A stretch of 59,097 bases of DNA, counting the filler, from Sphacelaria rigidula (lineage: Eukaryota), in assembly GCA_964200075.2 (NCBI GenBank). It is 8 parts of 8 records of this genome, joined end to end, with 100 filler letters (N's around TTAATTAATTAA, not from the genome) between each part and the next. Parts side by side here need not be neighbours in the genome. Positions count along the whole stretch, not along the records: positions 7,401 to 14,700 come from CAXNAA020015552.1; positions 14,801 to 22,100 come from CAXNAA020015553.1; positions 22,201 to 29,500 come from CAXNAA020015554.1; 5 more parts are not named here. The stretch is one strand, 5' to 3'. The notes below the pieces were generated by a model that saw only the letters and a program-made list of their open reading frames with translations, searched no databases and had not been told where the DNA came from. A program made the position numbers and the translations under genes. Below, one piece after another: positions 12,562-23,824 of this stretch. How positions within the stretch are numbered: the stretch's first letter is position 1; every line of letters starts with the position of its first letter.

Positions 12562-13610
12562 TATTCTACAGAGAACTGCTTTAGGTCATAAAAGGCCTTG
12601 TCCGCCTTGATGTTTTTTGTCGGCAGCTCTAACCAGATGTTCCCCACGAGCGGCGGATTCAGGTACGCCTACGTGAGACCCAGCAATCTAATTCCTCATT
12701 CCGCAGAGCAGCTGTCGCTGTAATGGTGCGCATGATGTCCAAGCCTACGACCGGGCGAAACGTCCCGGAGAAGTCAATTCTCCTGCGCTCCCGTGAACCC
12801 GCAAGCCACCAGTCGGGCCTTGTATATCTCTCTACCTCTCCTTGATCGCGCGCTTGATCGCGCATATGATCCGTGTCTTGATTGAATTCTCACAGTGCGT
12901 CAGGGGTTCATCGGCGAACGTCCCCTGATCCGAGAGGCCTTCTATTTCCTCTCCCATGGCTACTTTTATCTGCCATCATTGGGCATTGCCAGGAATTTTC
13001 TCTTGGTCGACAGTTCCTTTGGTCTGGTGGCAAGTTTACCTACTAACCCGAGCATGCGGAATGCGTCTTCATCCCCACTTTCTAGGAGGGTGGCGAGGAA
13101 ATTTTCGTAATCGGAAGTGCTTTCGTCAGAATCCCTCATGTGTTGTTGTCCGGTTTTTGCTCGACACAGTTGCGCCAGCCTACCGAACTTGTGCGGTCCG
13201 TTGTCCGAAATAGAGTGCTTCGACCACGTCAGGTCTTCTGGTGGTTGTCCACCCGGGCCATCATCACCGTCGATTTGCACTTTTTTTTCATCTTTTCCCG
13301 ACGGTTTGCCCTCGTCGTCGCTCCGTTCGACAGCCTTTTCCTCGCTTATGATGTCTAGGATCTCAGTCTCTGATTCGAACGTGATACGTGAAGACTTCAC
13401 GAGCTTGGTTTTCTCCGGTAGACATACATAGCAGCATGACGATAAGCGGTTGTGTCCGACCACTATCCTGCGTTTCGCATCCGGGTGAAACTTCGAGTAT
13501 GTTCCACACTGTGGCTGGTTTTCATGCACGAAGCATCCCGCGCGCCTCACATGTTGAGACAATTGTATTAAACGGCTCCCCTGTGAACCGCTCGCATGGG
13601 ACCTCCCCCC
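12562..13610 (-). mobile_element. Inverted segment of the same copia pol: integrase C-terminus and RT N-terminal half
   Basis: EVPCERFTGEPF; KFHPDAKRRIVVGH..VKSSRITFES; IDFSGTFRPVV; IWLELP..KAFYDLKQ. Confidence 0.85.
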
Positions 13611-13735
13611 TGAGGGAAGGTGGCCGCCTCGGGTCCGGCTAAACACGTGAAGATACCGTCGAACAGCAAGACCAAACTTTTCTGGGATTGGCATCAGACA
13701 GTCCGTGGAGAACGGAACAGAAATCGACAAGTTAC

Positions 13736-13990
13736 GAGTGATGCTACGATAGGGTTGCACTTTTTGAGCGAAAATGTTTCTCGCGGTGTTGCACGGATAA
13801 TTTTGATAATTGGCATCATTTTCACTTGTGAAAAAGACTGAAGATGATGCCGATTCATGAAGAGGCCCCTGTGTGCATCTCCATGTCCTGTCCCCGGAGA
13901 TTTTAGTTGCACGGTAAGCCCCATATATTTAGGCTCCTACAAAAAGGAGACCTAGAAACAAAAAGTGCGACCCCTATCGTCGCATCACTC
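13736..13990. mobile_element. MITE family E (GAG...CTC termini, 4-bp TSD; Sola-like)
   Basis: ~30-bp TIR GAGTGATGCTACGATAGGGTTGCACTTTTT / AAAAAGTGCGACCCCTATCGTCGCATCACTC; TSD TTAC. Confidence 0.9.
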
Positions 13991-14700
13991 TTACCGTTCG
14001 TAATAGAAAACAATGCGCATGAAACGCTTTGCAGGTTGGAAAACACGTCTTTTCATGGAGAAGAAACTCTCCGTACCCCCATTAGTGTCGTATGCGGTTG
14101 TAAAAACTCTACCGTCCTTCATTAATACCTGGCGGGAGGACAGGGAAGCCGTCCTCCCTCAGGTCTTGAGAGCCGTTTAAATTGGACGGATGCACTTGAG
14201 AAAAATCAAATGTTTAGCTTTCATACCTGTTGCGAACTTCCGTCGGGAGTGAGTACGGTAGAGCAACGAAAGCTAGCTATGATCGGGTTTGCCTGCTGTA
14301 CCACCGACGGCGTTGCGTGAAAGCTACAAGACCTTTGCCGTCGGCGGTTGATGGCGTGGGTCTCAAATGCAACAACAAGTGGTTGATCGTAGAGCACTCT
14401 CGTCCCAGCTTGTAATGCATGATCTCCTCATATCGGAATAGTTCTGAGGACAGCTACTCGTACTGTACCGAGGTGTTCACGCGACCAGCGTGTGCTCCAG
14501 ATTGCAGCATGGACGGACTCCTGTGCGCCACACTAGCAACAGTAAGGTCACCACCGTAGGTATCTTTTCTCGCTCAGCATGTCAAGGTCTCACAGTACAA
14601 GTGTTTGATCTCTCATACATCCCCCTCAACTGGCGTGTGGCACGCTGTTCTCGTCGGGCACCCAGAGGGTCAGATGTGGGTAAAATCAACGATGAATAAC

Positions 14701-14800
14701 NNNNNNNNNNNNNNNNNNNNNNNNNNNNNNNNNNNNNNNNNNNNTTAATTAATTAANNNNNNNNNNNNNNNNNNNNNNNNNNNNNNNNNNNNNNNNNNNN
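14701..14800. other. Artificial contig linker
   Basis: N44-TTAATTAATTAA-N44. Confidence 0.98.
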
Positions 14801-15043
14801 TTTTAATCCTCCGGGTTCTCATCCTCAATGAAAAGCACCATCCTCAACATAGATGATTGGCTGTTTAAAGCAAAACAACACATCATTTTTCGCTTCTCAT
14901 ACCCCCCCCCACGCTTACAATGACGGAAGTCATATACCCTTTCCGACAAAAAAAATCAGCTGATGCACCTGACAAGTCAAAGCTGCGTTTTCCCCGATCT
15001 CATAGTATTCAATTGTACCATTAGACCAGCGGGGCGCGGCAGC

Positions 15044-15048
15044 AAAAA
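15044..15048 (-). terminator. Pol III oligo-T terminator of tRNA-His
   Basis: TTTTT on the minus strand, 12 nt after the discriminator base. Confidence 0.7.
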
Positions 15049-15060
15049 TAGACTGTCCCA

Positions 15061-15132
15061 TGACCAATCCGAGAATCGAACTCGGGTTTCCACAGCCACA
15101 ATGTGGTGTACTGACCACTATACTAATTGGTC
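15061..15132 (-). tRNA. trnH-GUG: tRNA-His (GTG)
   Basis: GACCAATTAGTATAGTGGTCAGTACACCACATTGTGGCTGTGGAAACCCGAGTTCGATTCTCGGATTGGTCA: 7-bp acceptor stem, CCACA/TGTGG anticodon stem with GTG, CCGAG-TTCGATT-CTCGG T arm. CCA and G-1 not encoded (eukaryotic type). Confidence 0.97.
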
Positions 15133-15221
15133 ACTGTTGGGCACTGTGCCGGCACATGCCTGAATATCCGTCTCCCGAGGGGGCGAGAGGCATATGCTTG
15201 CTTTGATGAGCGGGTGGTTTG

Positions 15222-15243
15222 CTGACCACTATACTAATCGGTC
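15222..15243 (-). pseudogene. 5' fragment of tRNA-His (acceptor 5' strand and D arm only)
   Basis: GACCGATTAGTATAGTGGTCAG, one mismatch to the tRNA 5' end, at an offset of 111 nt. Confidence 0.75.
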
Positions 15244-16044
15244 ATCTTTGAACTGTGTGGTAGCCCACGCCTCAATATGCGCCCCAGACGGGAGTGAGAA
15301 GTACATACCCGCTTCGATAACCCCCATCTCCGGCCAATATCCACCTGCTTTCCTCCCACTACTTCAACCTCATACCACACTAACCAACCCACCATTGCTG
15401 TCACTGCACGACGACGTTATTATGTGGTCGAGGCAGGCACACGTTGTTTTACCCTTCCTGAACAGGTTTATCGGAAGCAGGAGGTGTACTTCAGCCGGAA
15501 AGACATACATGTAACTATGCGCCGTCGACATGTATGTTGTGAGCTATGGGCGATGCGGTCAAGGAGGGCATGACGTTGATCGCCCGTCGTGCGTGCAAAT
15601 TCACGCGCGATTCACGTGCTGCTGCATGTGCTACTGCATATGTTGCTGTTTCGATTGTGAGAAAATCTCAAGCTATGTCGCATTTCCATCCTCGAGAGTA
15701 GCCCACCAACCGCTCTAGAGAGTGTGAAATCCCAGTACCGCACTGCCCGTGGCACGGCACGACACTTTTTACCCTTTCTTCACGATTTCTTCATTGAACT
15801 AGAGGCTTGTGGAAATCTTGTATGATACGGTATTATTGTCAATAGGCATATCTCCCATCTCAGGAGACAGGATCGCAGAGGATGCAAAGCAGCTGCGAGG
15901 CTTACTTGCGTCTGGAGTGAAAGGAAGAAGTAAAAATATAGTGTTCATGGGTGCTCATTTGGCCAAAACAGAAAAAAAACATGCAGTCTCCTCTGAAAGC
16001 AAATAACATTTATTTGCAGAGTGTGAGAAAGGGAGGGACGTCCA

Positions 16045-16267
16045 TGTAATGCGTGAGAGGACCGCGTGCTTAGAGGACCGCACCGTAGTTCAAAACACCT
16101 CAGGATCGACGTTTTCCAAAACCAATCGGGCCAGTCCCTGCAGGTACCACGCCCCTGACCATAACCCCAACACTAACCCTAACCCTAACCCTAACCCTAA
16201 CCCTAACCATAGGGGTGTTCAAATTCCGATGCGATCCTCTAAGCACGCGGTCCTCTCACGCATTACA
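16045..16267. mobile_element. MITE with TGT...ACA termini carrying telomere-type repeats
   Basis: ~40-bp TIR TGTAATGCGTGAGAGGACCGCGTGCTTAGAGGA; second copy at 18616-18814. Confidence 0.88.
16173..16208 (+). repeat. (CTAACC)6 interstitial telomere-type repeat
   Basis: Six perfect units with degenerate flanking units, inside the MITE. Confidence 0.95.
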
Positions 16268-18615
16268 GCAGCCTCACCAGTATACCGTGCGGCACGAGAC
16301 GTGCATGCGGTCTCCTCTTCTTGTTCCTCCCGTCTCTCGACGCTGTTCACACGCACATTTATTTCAGGTCGGTTTGCTGCGCTTGTGTTTTTTCCTTTCT
16401 TATATATCCTTCCCTTTCCCGAGTTAACTTCAGCGAATGTTTCCCTTCATCTTGTGCGCTTGTCTGTGACCACGGCTGGGTACGTGACGATCCTATAAAG
16501 GTACACAATCAAGCACACAAGTCGGTAAATCACTGTGAAAAATTACCTTGCACATAATAGAACGAGCGAAATCATGGGCTTCACGAGCAAAAATATGCGA
16601 AAGTGGACAATCATCATGTGGCAGCAAGGCGTAGCAGAGTCGACTTGCGAGAATTGTACAGGCGCAATTCCGAACCCGAAGACGTAATTCATCACGAGGA
16701 CAGAAAACCAAAATGCGGACAACTAGCTTTCTTCTTGTCTTGTTCCATCTTTTTTTCGTGTTTTTGCGTTGTTGTCCCGCTATCCAGCCGATTGCGATTC
16801 AAGTGGAACCGCCCGCGTATACTACAGTAGAGCTGCAGAAAGACTCACGTGTGCATTTACTCATAAAGTTAGCTGTCCGCGACCTAGCTTTATTTGCCTG
16901 CCGTCGCTTGCGAGAGCCCGGGAACTCATGGAACTCAGGGTGCAGGAAAATGTGTCTGCTCAGCATGCCTTGGTGGTAGATCGTCAGTGAATTGTGCGTG
17001 GCTCCAATCAAATGTCCTGACACATTTTCTGCTGAATGTTTAGATTCCAGTGGGCTGCATGCTGTCGTTGTACCATATCCACTGTACCTCTGCAGGAAAT
17101 CAAACCGTGTTGGAAAAAGCGGCAGTCTGCGCACGTGAGCTTTGCGGAAAGCAACCGTATAGTACTGTACGAGGAGGCCAGCACCGAGATCGCGATTCAC
17201 TGTCACAATACGCCGAGGCAAACATAGTCGGCATTGCTTCAAAGGCTGTGCTCGGAGACGGTTGCACGAAAGTTCCCATCTACGAAACACCGAGACCATA
17301 ACCAACGCAAGCGTCCGTACATGCTCTAGATTGTAGCAACGTCGAGAATGGGTGATGAACGTTGAGAATGCCGATTATTGCAGATACGATGGCTGCGAGC
17401 GATATCTCAACTGCGGCATATCGAGGACCAAGCGCGTACTGCTTCAGCTCGCACCGCGCTGAAACATCAGTAATGGACGGGATAAATAAACGAAAACGCA
17501 ATTGCCACGTGTGCGGTATGGCGTGGACTTGGAGAGTGGTGCTGCTTGCGGGGGAGCAGCGGAGGATGGATGAGGGTGGAATGCTTGCTTTACGGGGTGA
17601 AAAAGGCACGATCGTACCACAATTGATTTGGGCACGATCTTAGATTGGTGAGAGCAGACGGGATATAACAATTAAATGTTGTAGCAGTACTCGTTGTCTT
17701 GGTGTATGAGGTTCGCTGGTTTTATACTGATTTCATTCGTATGCAGTTTGCGCCTTGTGGTGTTCTTGTCTCCACGATGTAACAAACGAGCAGTCTTGGG
17801 TGCGTGTTGACCAGGCGATCCTGGCGTACTCATCAAGTAGTGCAGCCAAGAAGAGCCCGCGCTGTGCCATGCCCCGTCTTCGATGTTTCTGCCTGCTGGT
17901 GTGTATGTGTCCATTGAATGCACCACACTCCTACTACCATACGATGCAGGCGTTACGTCGGGCGATAGGATATCTGGCGCCTCCCGGCGTGCACCTCGCA
18001 TGCGACCTTGACTTGGATGTATGCCTTGGCAAAGTGTTGATAAGTCTTTGTGTAGTGTGAACGTATACATTTTTTTTTCGCGCGCACGGAGGAGTGCTCA
18101 TTTGTCCAATCCCACGCGCCCTATTTGTGCGGTGCACGCAGTAGTAGTCGGTCGAACACACAGTGTAGCGATGATGACATGCCATGGATGGCCATTTTGC
18201 ACTGTGTGTTCACGTACTCTGTGGTGCTGTCTCTCATAACTCTGGCATAATTTCGACTTGCATGTACTCTTTACGAGGGTATGATCTTTTACCTGCTCTT
18301 CGAGACACATTCCGCTGTAAAGTAGATTGCCTGAGGACAAATAACGCCCGGGTTCGAGCTGGGGGATACTGCACGGAGATTTTCTCGGTGAGGATGTTTC
18401 GTCATTAAAGTCCGTGACTTCCTGGGTACGGGGCACCCCCACCTTGGTACCTACCCGTACATCGGACCGCCTTGATGATGAATTGGTATAAGCGCTGAAT
18501 GGTTTCGAGGGCTGACTTTGAGGCGGCGGCGAGGTGGAGCGCATTTGGAAGCGCTGTCAGAAACTAGATACAAAAAATTTTACAAGTTGGGGATGGATTT
18601 TTGATCGAGGGTGAG

Positions 18616-18814
18616 AGTAATGCGTGAGAGCATCGCGTACTTAGAGGACCGCATCGGATATTGAGCGTCTCCATGGTTAGGGCTAGTGTTGGGGTTAGGG
18701 TCAGGGGCGCGGTCCCTGCAGGGACTGGTCCGATTGGATTTGAAAAACGTCGATCTTGAGGCGTCTTGAACTACGATGCGGTCCCCGAGGCACGCGGTCC
18801 TCTAACGCATCACA
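18616..18814. mobile_element. Second, inverted copy of the telomere-repeat MITE
   Basis: Same TIRs and body; internal GGTTAGGGCTAGTGTTGGGGTTAGGGTCAGGGG. Confidence 0.85.
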
Positions 18815-18997
18815 GAACCTGTCCCACGTGAACTGCATCGCGTTCAAAAACGTGAATTTACACTTGACGAGCAACTCGTGAAGCACGTGTGTGACTGCGT
18901 TCGATCCCCTTTTGCCGGTGTCGCTTGACGGGGCTGCTTCGTGGGATACGCACAATCGCCTGAAATGTACCGTCAACAACCCCCTCCTCCCGTCACT

Positions 18998-19066
18998 TGC
19001 TCCGTCTCGAAAGGGATGCGTGGTCAATGGTCAAATGACTAAGGCAAGCAACAAATGAGTACGCCC
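18998..19066 (+). mobile_element. LINE family A, 5'-truncated 3' end with 18-bp TSD
   Basis: CCCCCTCCTCCCGTCACT at both 18980-18997 and 19067-19084. Confidence 0.92.
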
Positions 19067-22000
19067 CCCCCTCCTCCCGTCACTCACGGAAATTTGCACG
19101 AACGATTAACCCTTGCATCACTCTATCGAGTCATGATTCTGTATGGGGCGAGTATAGGTCCGATATTTTCATTGAAAAAAGATCTAGAAACAAGCCGAAT
19201 ATTCATTTGCCTTCTTCATACTTTGCTGCTTCGTACAATTGTCGTTTTCCTACGTGCGGCGGGAGCGCCTGGCATATGCACCCTTTCTTGAGCCGTTGAA
19301 CACCAGGGGTACCAGAGGCTGTGAGCGGGCGAATGGTCGTTTTTCATTGTTGACATCCGAAACAAAAAACAGTCTTTCGGTTTTTTGCTTCATAGGGACG
19401 GTATTGTTCCAGAGCTATGATGGTACCAGGACCAACAGAAAAGCTGATGCCAAGGCATCATCTCTATGCTTCACGGCCGAGTTACAACAAGAAGTGGAAT
19501 TAAATATGACCAGCACTGCCGCACGCGGTTCCATGAAACTGTCCCATATATAACCATTTCCTCCCGCCGTGGGGTCGACAAGATACAAGCAACGGGGAGC
19601 GCCATGGAGCATCATCCCCGGCTACGAGTGTCAACCTTGAACAAAACGGACACTAAAAAATACGAAATGCCTGTATTCTAAAGCTAGATATACCGTGACA
19701 TCACCCAACCTTCCAAGGAGACTTCGAACCACAAGTATGTCAAAGCTCCTATTTCGTCGCCCTGACCGTACCCTACTGCCGCTATCCTCACACTACGTTC
19801 TATGAAGCCTAGGAAATCTACCAAGCAGTGTCTATTGCTCGTCTTTCATGGTCTTGTACCGTTTGGCCACATCCTCCTTCGTGGGCATCACATCATGGAA
19901 GCACATCATGTCGTGCATCATCTCCGAATGTTTGCGCACGTTCGGCAGTTGCTTCGGGAATTTCCTGCGGCAGTACAATTTCGAGAGAAATGCAAACACG
20001 CAAGCAAGCGGCGCCATTAAACAAAAATAGATGTACATCGTGTCTATTTCAAACGGCGAAGGTTGCCGACACATGAATAACAGGAACCCGTCGACTTATA
20101 CCACTCAACCGCTTGCGCTGAGGCTGTGCAAATTTTGTGCAGCCGAATGAACAGGGAGCAATGCTAAACGTCCAGCAAGTACATGAAATTCCAAGGCAGT
20201 GACAAAGCATGTCCCGATTGTACAGGAAAGAATAGTTGCACTATGCCGGCTCCGAAACCATCAATGTGCAGCGGAGTTATGTCTTCATGCATCCGGGTCC
20301 TAATGATAACCCTGAGTCACGCGCGCGACAGGAGGAAAGCTCGGAGGAAAATCCAGAGTTAACCCACGCCGTATCAAACATGCCTCAAGCAAAGGGGAGG
20401 CGACTGCAGAATCCATCACCACTGAAGTTCATCAGTGGCACGTGCACGGTGACCTGTTGATTGCTCAAGTCTCGCACTGAGTTAATAGAAATGAAACAGG
20501 GGGGCACTATCGAATGGGATATAAGGGGTCTGTGGGGTGATGTTCTGGTTTCCAGCAGTGCCTTCTGGTGTGGGGCAAGAACGGAGGTTTTCAACGACAC
20601 CGTTCTTCTTCCCTTGTCGACTCTCCTGTTGTGACTTTTCCCGCCATTTCCTCGGGTACGACCGCCTTGTGACCACGGCTGGATCATGACTCACAATACA
20701 TCAGTGAAACCATGAACATTAGTGAAGCACAACACACGCCAACAAATGTCACATCAACAATCATCGAACACCGTCGACGGCGAACGGACGAGACAGCCGT
20801 GCTGCCTGATACATGTCTACAGTGCAACAAACACTCGCAGATGAGCGAACGACGGCGTAACTTACCCGCCTATTTTCACTCCTTCTCTACAATACGAGAG
20901 TACCCGCTCGACATGCGCTTGCTACTCTCCACTTTACAACTAAACATGTTTCCCAACTTCGTACAAGAATTCACTCAGGCGTCGTTCGGTTGGTCCTGAT
21001 TATCGATCCAAAATAGTTCAAGAGACACTTTGCATGTACTGTATATCACGCCTTCGTCAGACACGAACCAGACAGTGTTCCTAACCCTGATACTGGCAGG
21101 TTCCATAAACTCTTCGTGTGCTGCCAACGTAACTTTTGTGAGCGTAAATATCCAGGGGACGGCAGGGTTCCGGATGCCGCTCTTTTTCCAACACTACAGT
21201 CAGTACACCTCACGACGAAAAATCATCACGATGAGGAAACGTCGACTTCAGAAAAGTTCCACTTGATGAAATATCGGAAAAAAAAAGCCGTAGAGTTGAT
21301 GGGGGGCCAGAAAACGGGTAAGTGGCTAGCAAAAGCAGACTTCCACAAATTTACAGAAAAGTCTTCGGCGGAGATTGTTGGCTTGGCGACCCAACACACG
21401 CAAGACATGTGTCAAGACGCGTGTATGAACATCCTCACTGCTGGGCGGCGAAGAAGGCCATCCCTATAAAAATATTTCTCGCCAAAGAACGTATGAAAAG
21501 ACGCCCGACAGGGGTGGGGGGTGATGTGGATACAAGCACATGGAAGGAAAACACCCCCACAAATGTCCATCGAGGTATCATGTTTCTGAGGAAATGCGCT
21601 TGTGCAGTGTGGCGTAGTGGCTGATTTCACTCACCATGTTGGATCTTCCCCACCGAAGGCAGCCATCATGTGATAGGTGGTCACCGCCAGCTGTAGGTCA
21701 CCTATAGTTAATTCCTCACCCTCCAATAGATCTCCCTTCGCGTATTTGAGCGATTCTTCGACTGCCTTCAGCCTGCCAGCACGTGTCAATTACAAGAGCA
21801 GCACCAAATATCCAGTGAAACTTGTGATGGATTCAGAATTGCCACTTAACCTGCAAGTCGTGATTGAAAAATACTGCCACCGTATGATGGTCAACTTATT
21901 TAGGGACATGACGTTTTCCACACGTTTTCTGAAGTCAAATTTGACCAATCCTGCGAAACGCAATTTTACGAAAGGGCAAAAAACTCAAGAGGTCAAGAGC

Positions 22001-22100
22001 CCAAAAGATGGAGAGGTCAAGAGTGACGCTGAGGACCGACGCCCGGATGGGTGGGTGACTCGTGTACAGAGTCGAGCTAGGGGACATTGTAGGAGGTTTG

Positions 22101-22200
22101 NNNNNNNNNNNNNNNNNNNNNNNNNNNNNNNNNNNNNNNNNNNNTTAATTAATTAANNNNNNNNNNNNNNNNNNNNNNNNNNNNNNNNNNNNNNNNNNNN
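22101..22200. other. Artificial contig linker
   Basis: N44-TTAATTAATTAA-N44. Confidence 0.98.
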
Positions 22201-22265
22201 CTACGTGAAGATTTTGCCTCCCAAAACCGTGCACTTTTTTGGGGGGGGCTATCGTAGAAAGTGTC
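22201..22265. mobile_element. Right end of MITE family F
   Basis: Matches 15-78 and ~30950-31018. Confidence 0.75.
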
Positions 22266-22267
22266 AT

Positions 22268-22884
22268 CTCCTATAGCTTATCCAGGGGCAATGTTACGGT
22301 AGGGGTCGCACTTTTTTTAGCGAAAACGTTTCTAGCGGCTGCTCCGGGTGTTGGACGGGTCATGTTGAGAAGCGGCATCATTTTTACTTGGAAAAAACTG
22401 AAAATTATGCCGTTTCACGAAAAGACCGAGCGTTCCAACAGCATGTTTCTGGGAGTCCGGTCCCCCGAGATCTGGGTTGCACAGTAAGCTCCAAATATTT
22501 GGGCTCCTACAAAAAAGAGACCCAGAAACAAAAAGTGCAACCCCTACCGTAGCATTGCTCCCAGCGCGAACATGTGTAGCTCATGTAGCTCTCATAGGTC
22601 ATCCAGGGCAAACATGTGTGGCTCATGCATCTCTCGTAGTCATCCAGGATAAACATGCGTAGCTCATGCAGCTCTCATAGCGGGTTGATAGCTCACCTAT
22701 CGCAAACGTGCGTAGCTCATCCAGCTCCCACAGCTCACCCAGGATGAATATGAGCTGATGAGCTACGGGTTGGTAGCTAACGTACGGTAAACATGCGTAG
22801 CTCATGTAGCTCTCATATAGCTCAGTAGGGAGCTACGCTCAAAAAGAGCTACGCTCAAAAAGAGCTAGCTCGAGCTATAGGGAG
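22268..22884. mobile_element. AGCT-rich TIR element with internal ~41-bp tandem units, interrupted by MITE E
   Basis: CTCCTATAGCT ... AGCTATAGGGAG ends; about five AAACATGYGTAGCTCATGYAGCTCTCATA-like units. Confidence 0.6.
22286..22560. mobile_element. MITE family E
   Basis: GGGCAATGTTACGGTAGGGG ... CCCCTACCGTAGCATTGCTC; TSD CCAG; body homologous to 13736-13990. Confidence 0.9.
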
Positions 22885-22913
22885 CCGATCTATCCGACGT
22901 GTGAACTTTTCGG

Positions 22914-23090
22914 GTGACACCGCTGCGCCCCGGTAATCTAAGTGATGCAGGAGACTTCAGTTATGGAGGTCACGAGTTGGGATCCCGACAGGTCCTCTTT
23001 TTTTCGCAGAATTTGTTCTTGTCGTTGAAGTTATATATTATGCAGTACGTTTTTCTTCTAGCGACAGATCGTGCATGGCCAGATCGGTCT
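22914..23090 (+). mobile_element. tRNA-derived SINE family G
   Basis: GTGACACCGCTG head and B-box-like GGTCACGAGTTGGGATCCCGAC; homologous to 39400-39613 and 44043-44225. Confidence 0.6.
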
Positions 23091-23463
23091 GCAGTCAACA
23101 GCTACATACCCACGTCGGGCTGATTCGGGAGAGTGAAAAAGACTTTGTTGCCACGGGGTATGCACATTTTACATCTTACGGCCGGCCCAGCAGCTCGTAT
23201 ATCCAACGACGAACTCTTCGGAATGTTGACCATTCAACCGCCATACCAGGGTTGGCAATCTGGGTCACGCAGTAACTTTCGAAGTGAAACATGATGGCCG
23301 TTCCACAAGTGGATACCTCTGGTGCTGAATGTCCGTTTGTCGAATCGGCTTAATTTTTACCTCTTTTTTTCAAGTGAAAATGGACTGACAACCTCACGCT
23401 CAATCAAAGGCCAGACACTCAATCCGGCGAAAAGATAATTGACCGTGAACCCTGCAAATATCC

Positions 23464-23598
23464 CACATCCTGGACAAAAGATGACAGCGTCAAAAAAACG
23501 TCCTGCGTACAGTACTAACCGTTGTGTCTGTAAAGTATAATATATTTCATACTGTGCGCAGTACAATTCTTGACAATGTTATATACTATCCGGGTGTG
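23464..23598. mobile_element. Palindromic CAC...GTG MITE, diverged copy
   Basis: CACATCCTGGACAAAA ... CCGGGTGTG; homologous to 28955-29092. Confidence 0.7.
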
Positions 23599-23824
23599 AA
23601 AATATTCGAAAACGATGATTCTTCACTACATTCAGGTTTATGTGTCACCACATTTCTCATTTGCGCCGAAACTGGGGTAAAAAACTAGTGTTGCAGTTTT
23701 GCTAAATTTTACATCTATCATCGGTGTCAACACATTCAACCATGCACGAGTATCTCATATATCGTTCTTTATTACTACTATAATACACCATGAGAAATGT
23801 TTGGGATGCAATCCAAGTACTGTT

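Noticed and set aside
16173-16208. True chromosome end
   Set aside because: Short, mid-contig and enclosed by TIRs
18455-18553. Ankyrin-like exon on the minus strand (NALHLAAASKSALETIQRL)
   Set aside because: Only a short motif match, ambiguous donor, no supporting neighbouring exons identified
19700-20270. Decayed MULE transposase on the minus strand (HIDG...IGTCFVTALEFHVLAG)
   Set aside because: Needs several frameshifts and the motifs are too weak; BLASTX would decide
22569-22820. CRISPR array
   Set aside because: Degenerate tandem units without unique spacers, inside a TIR element
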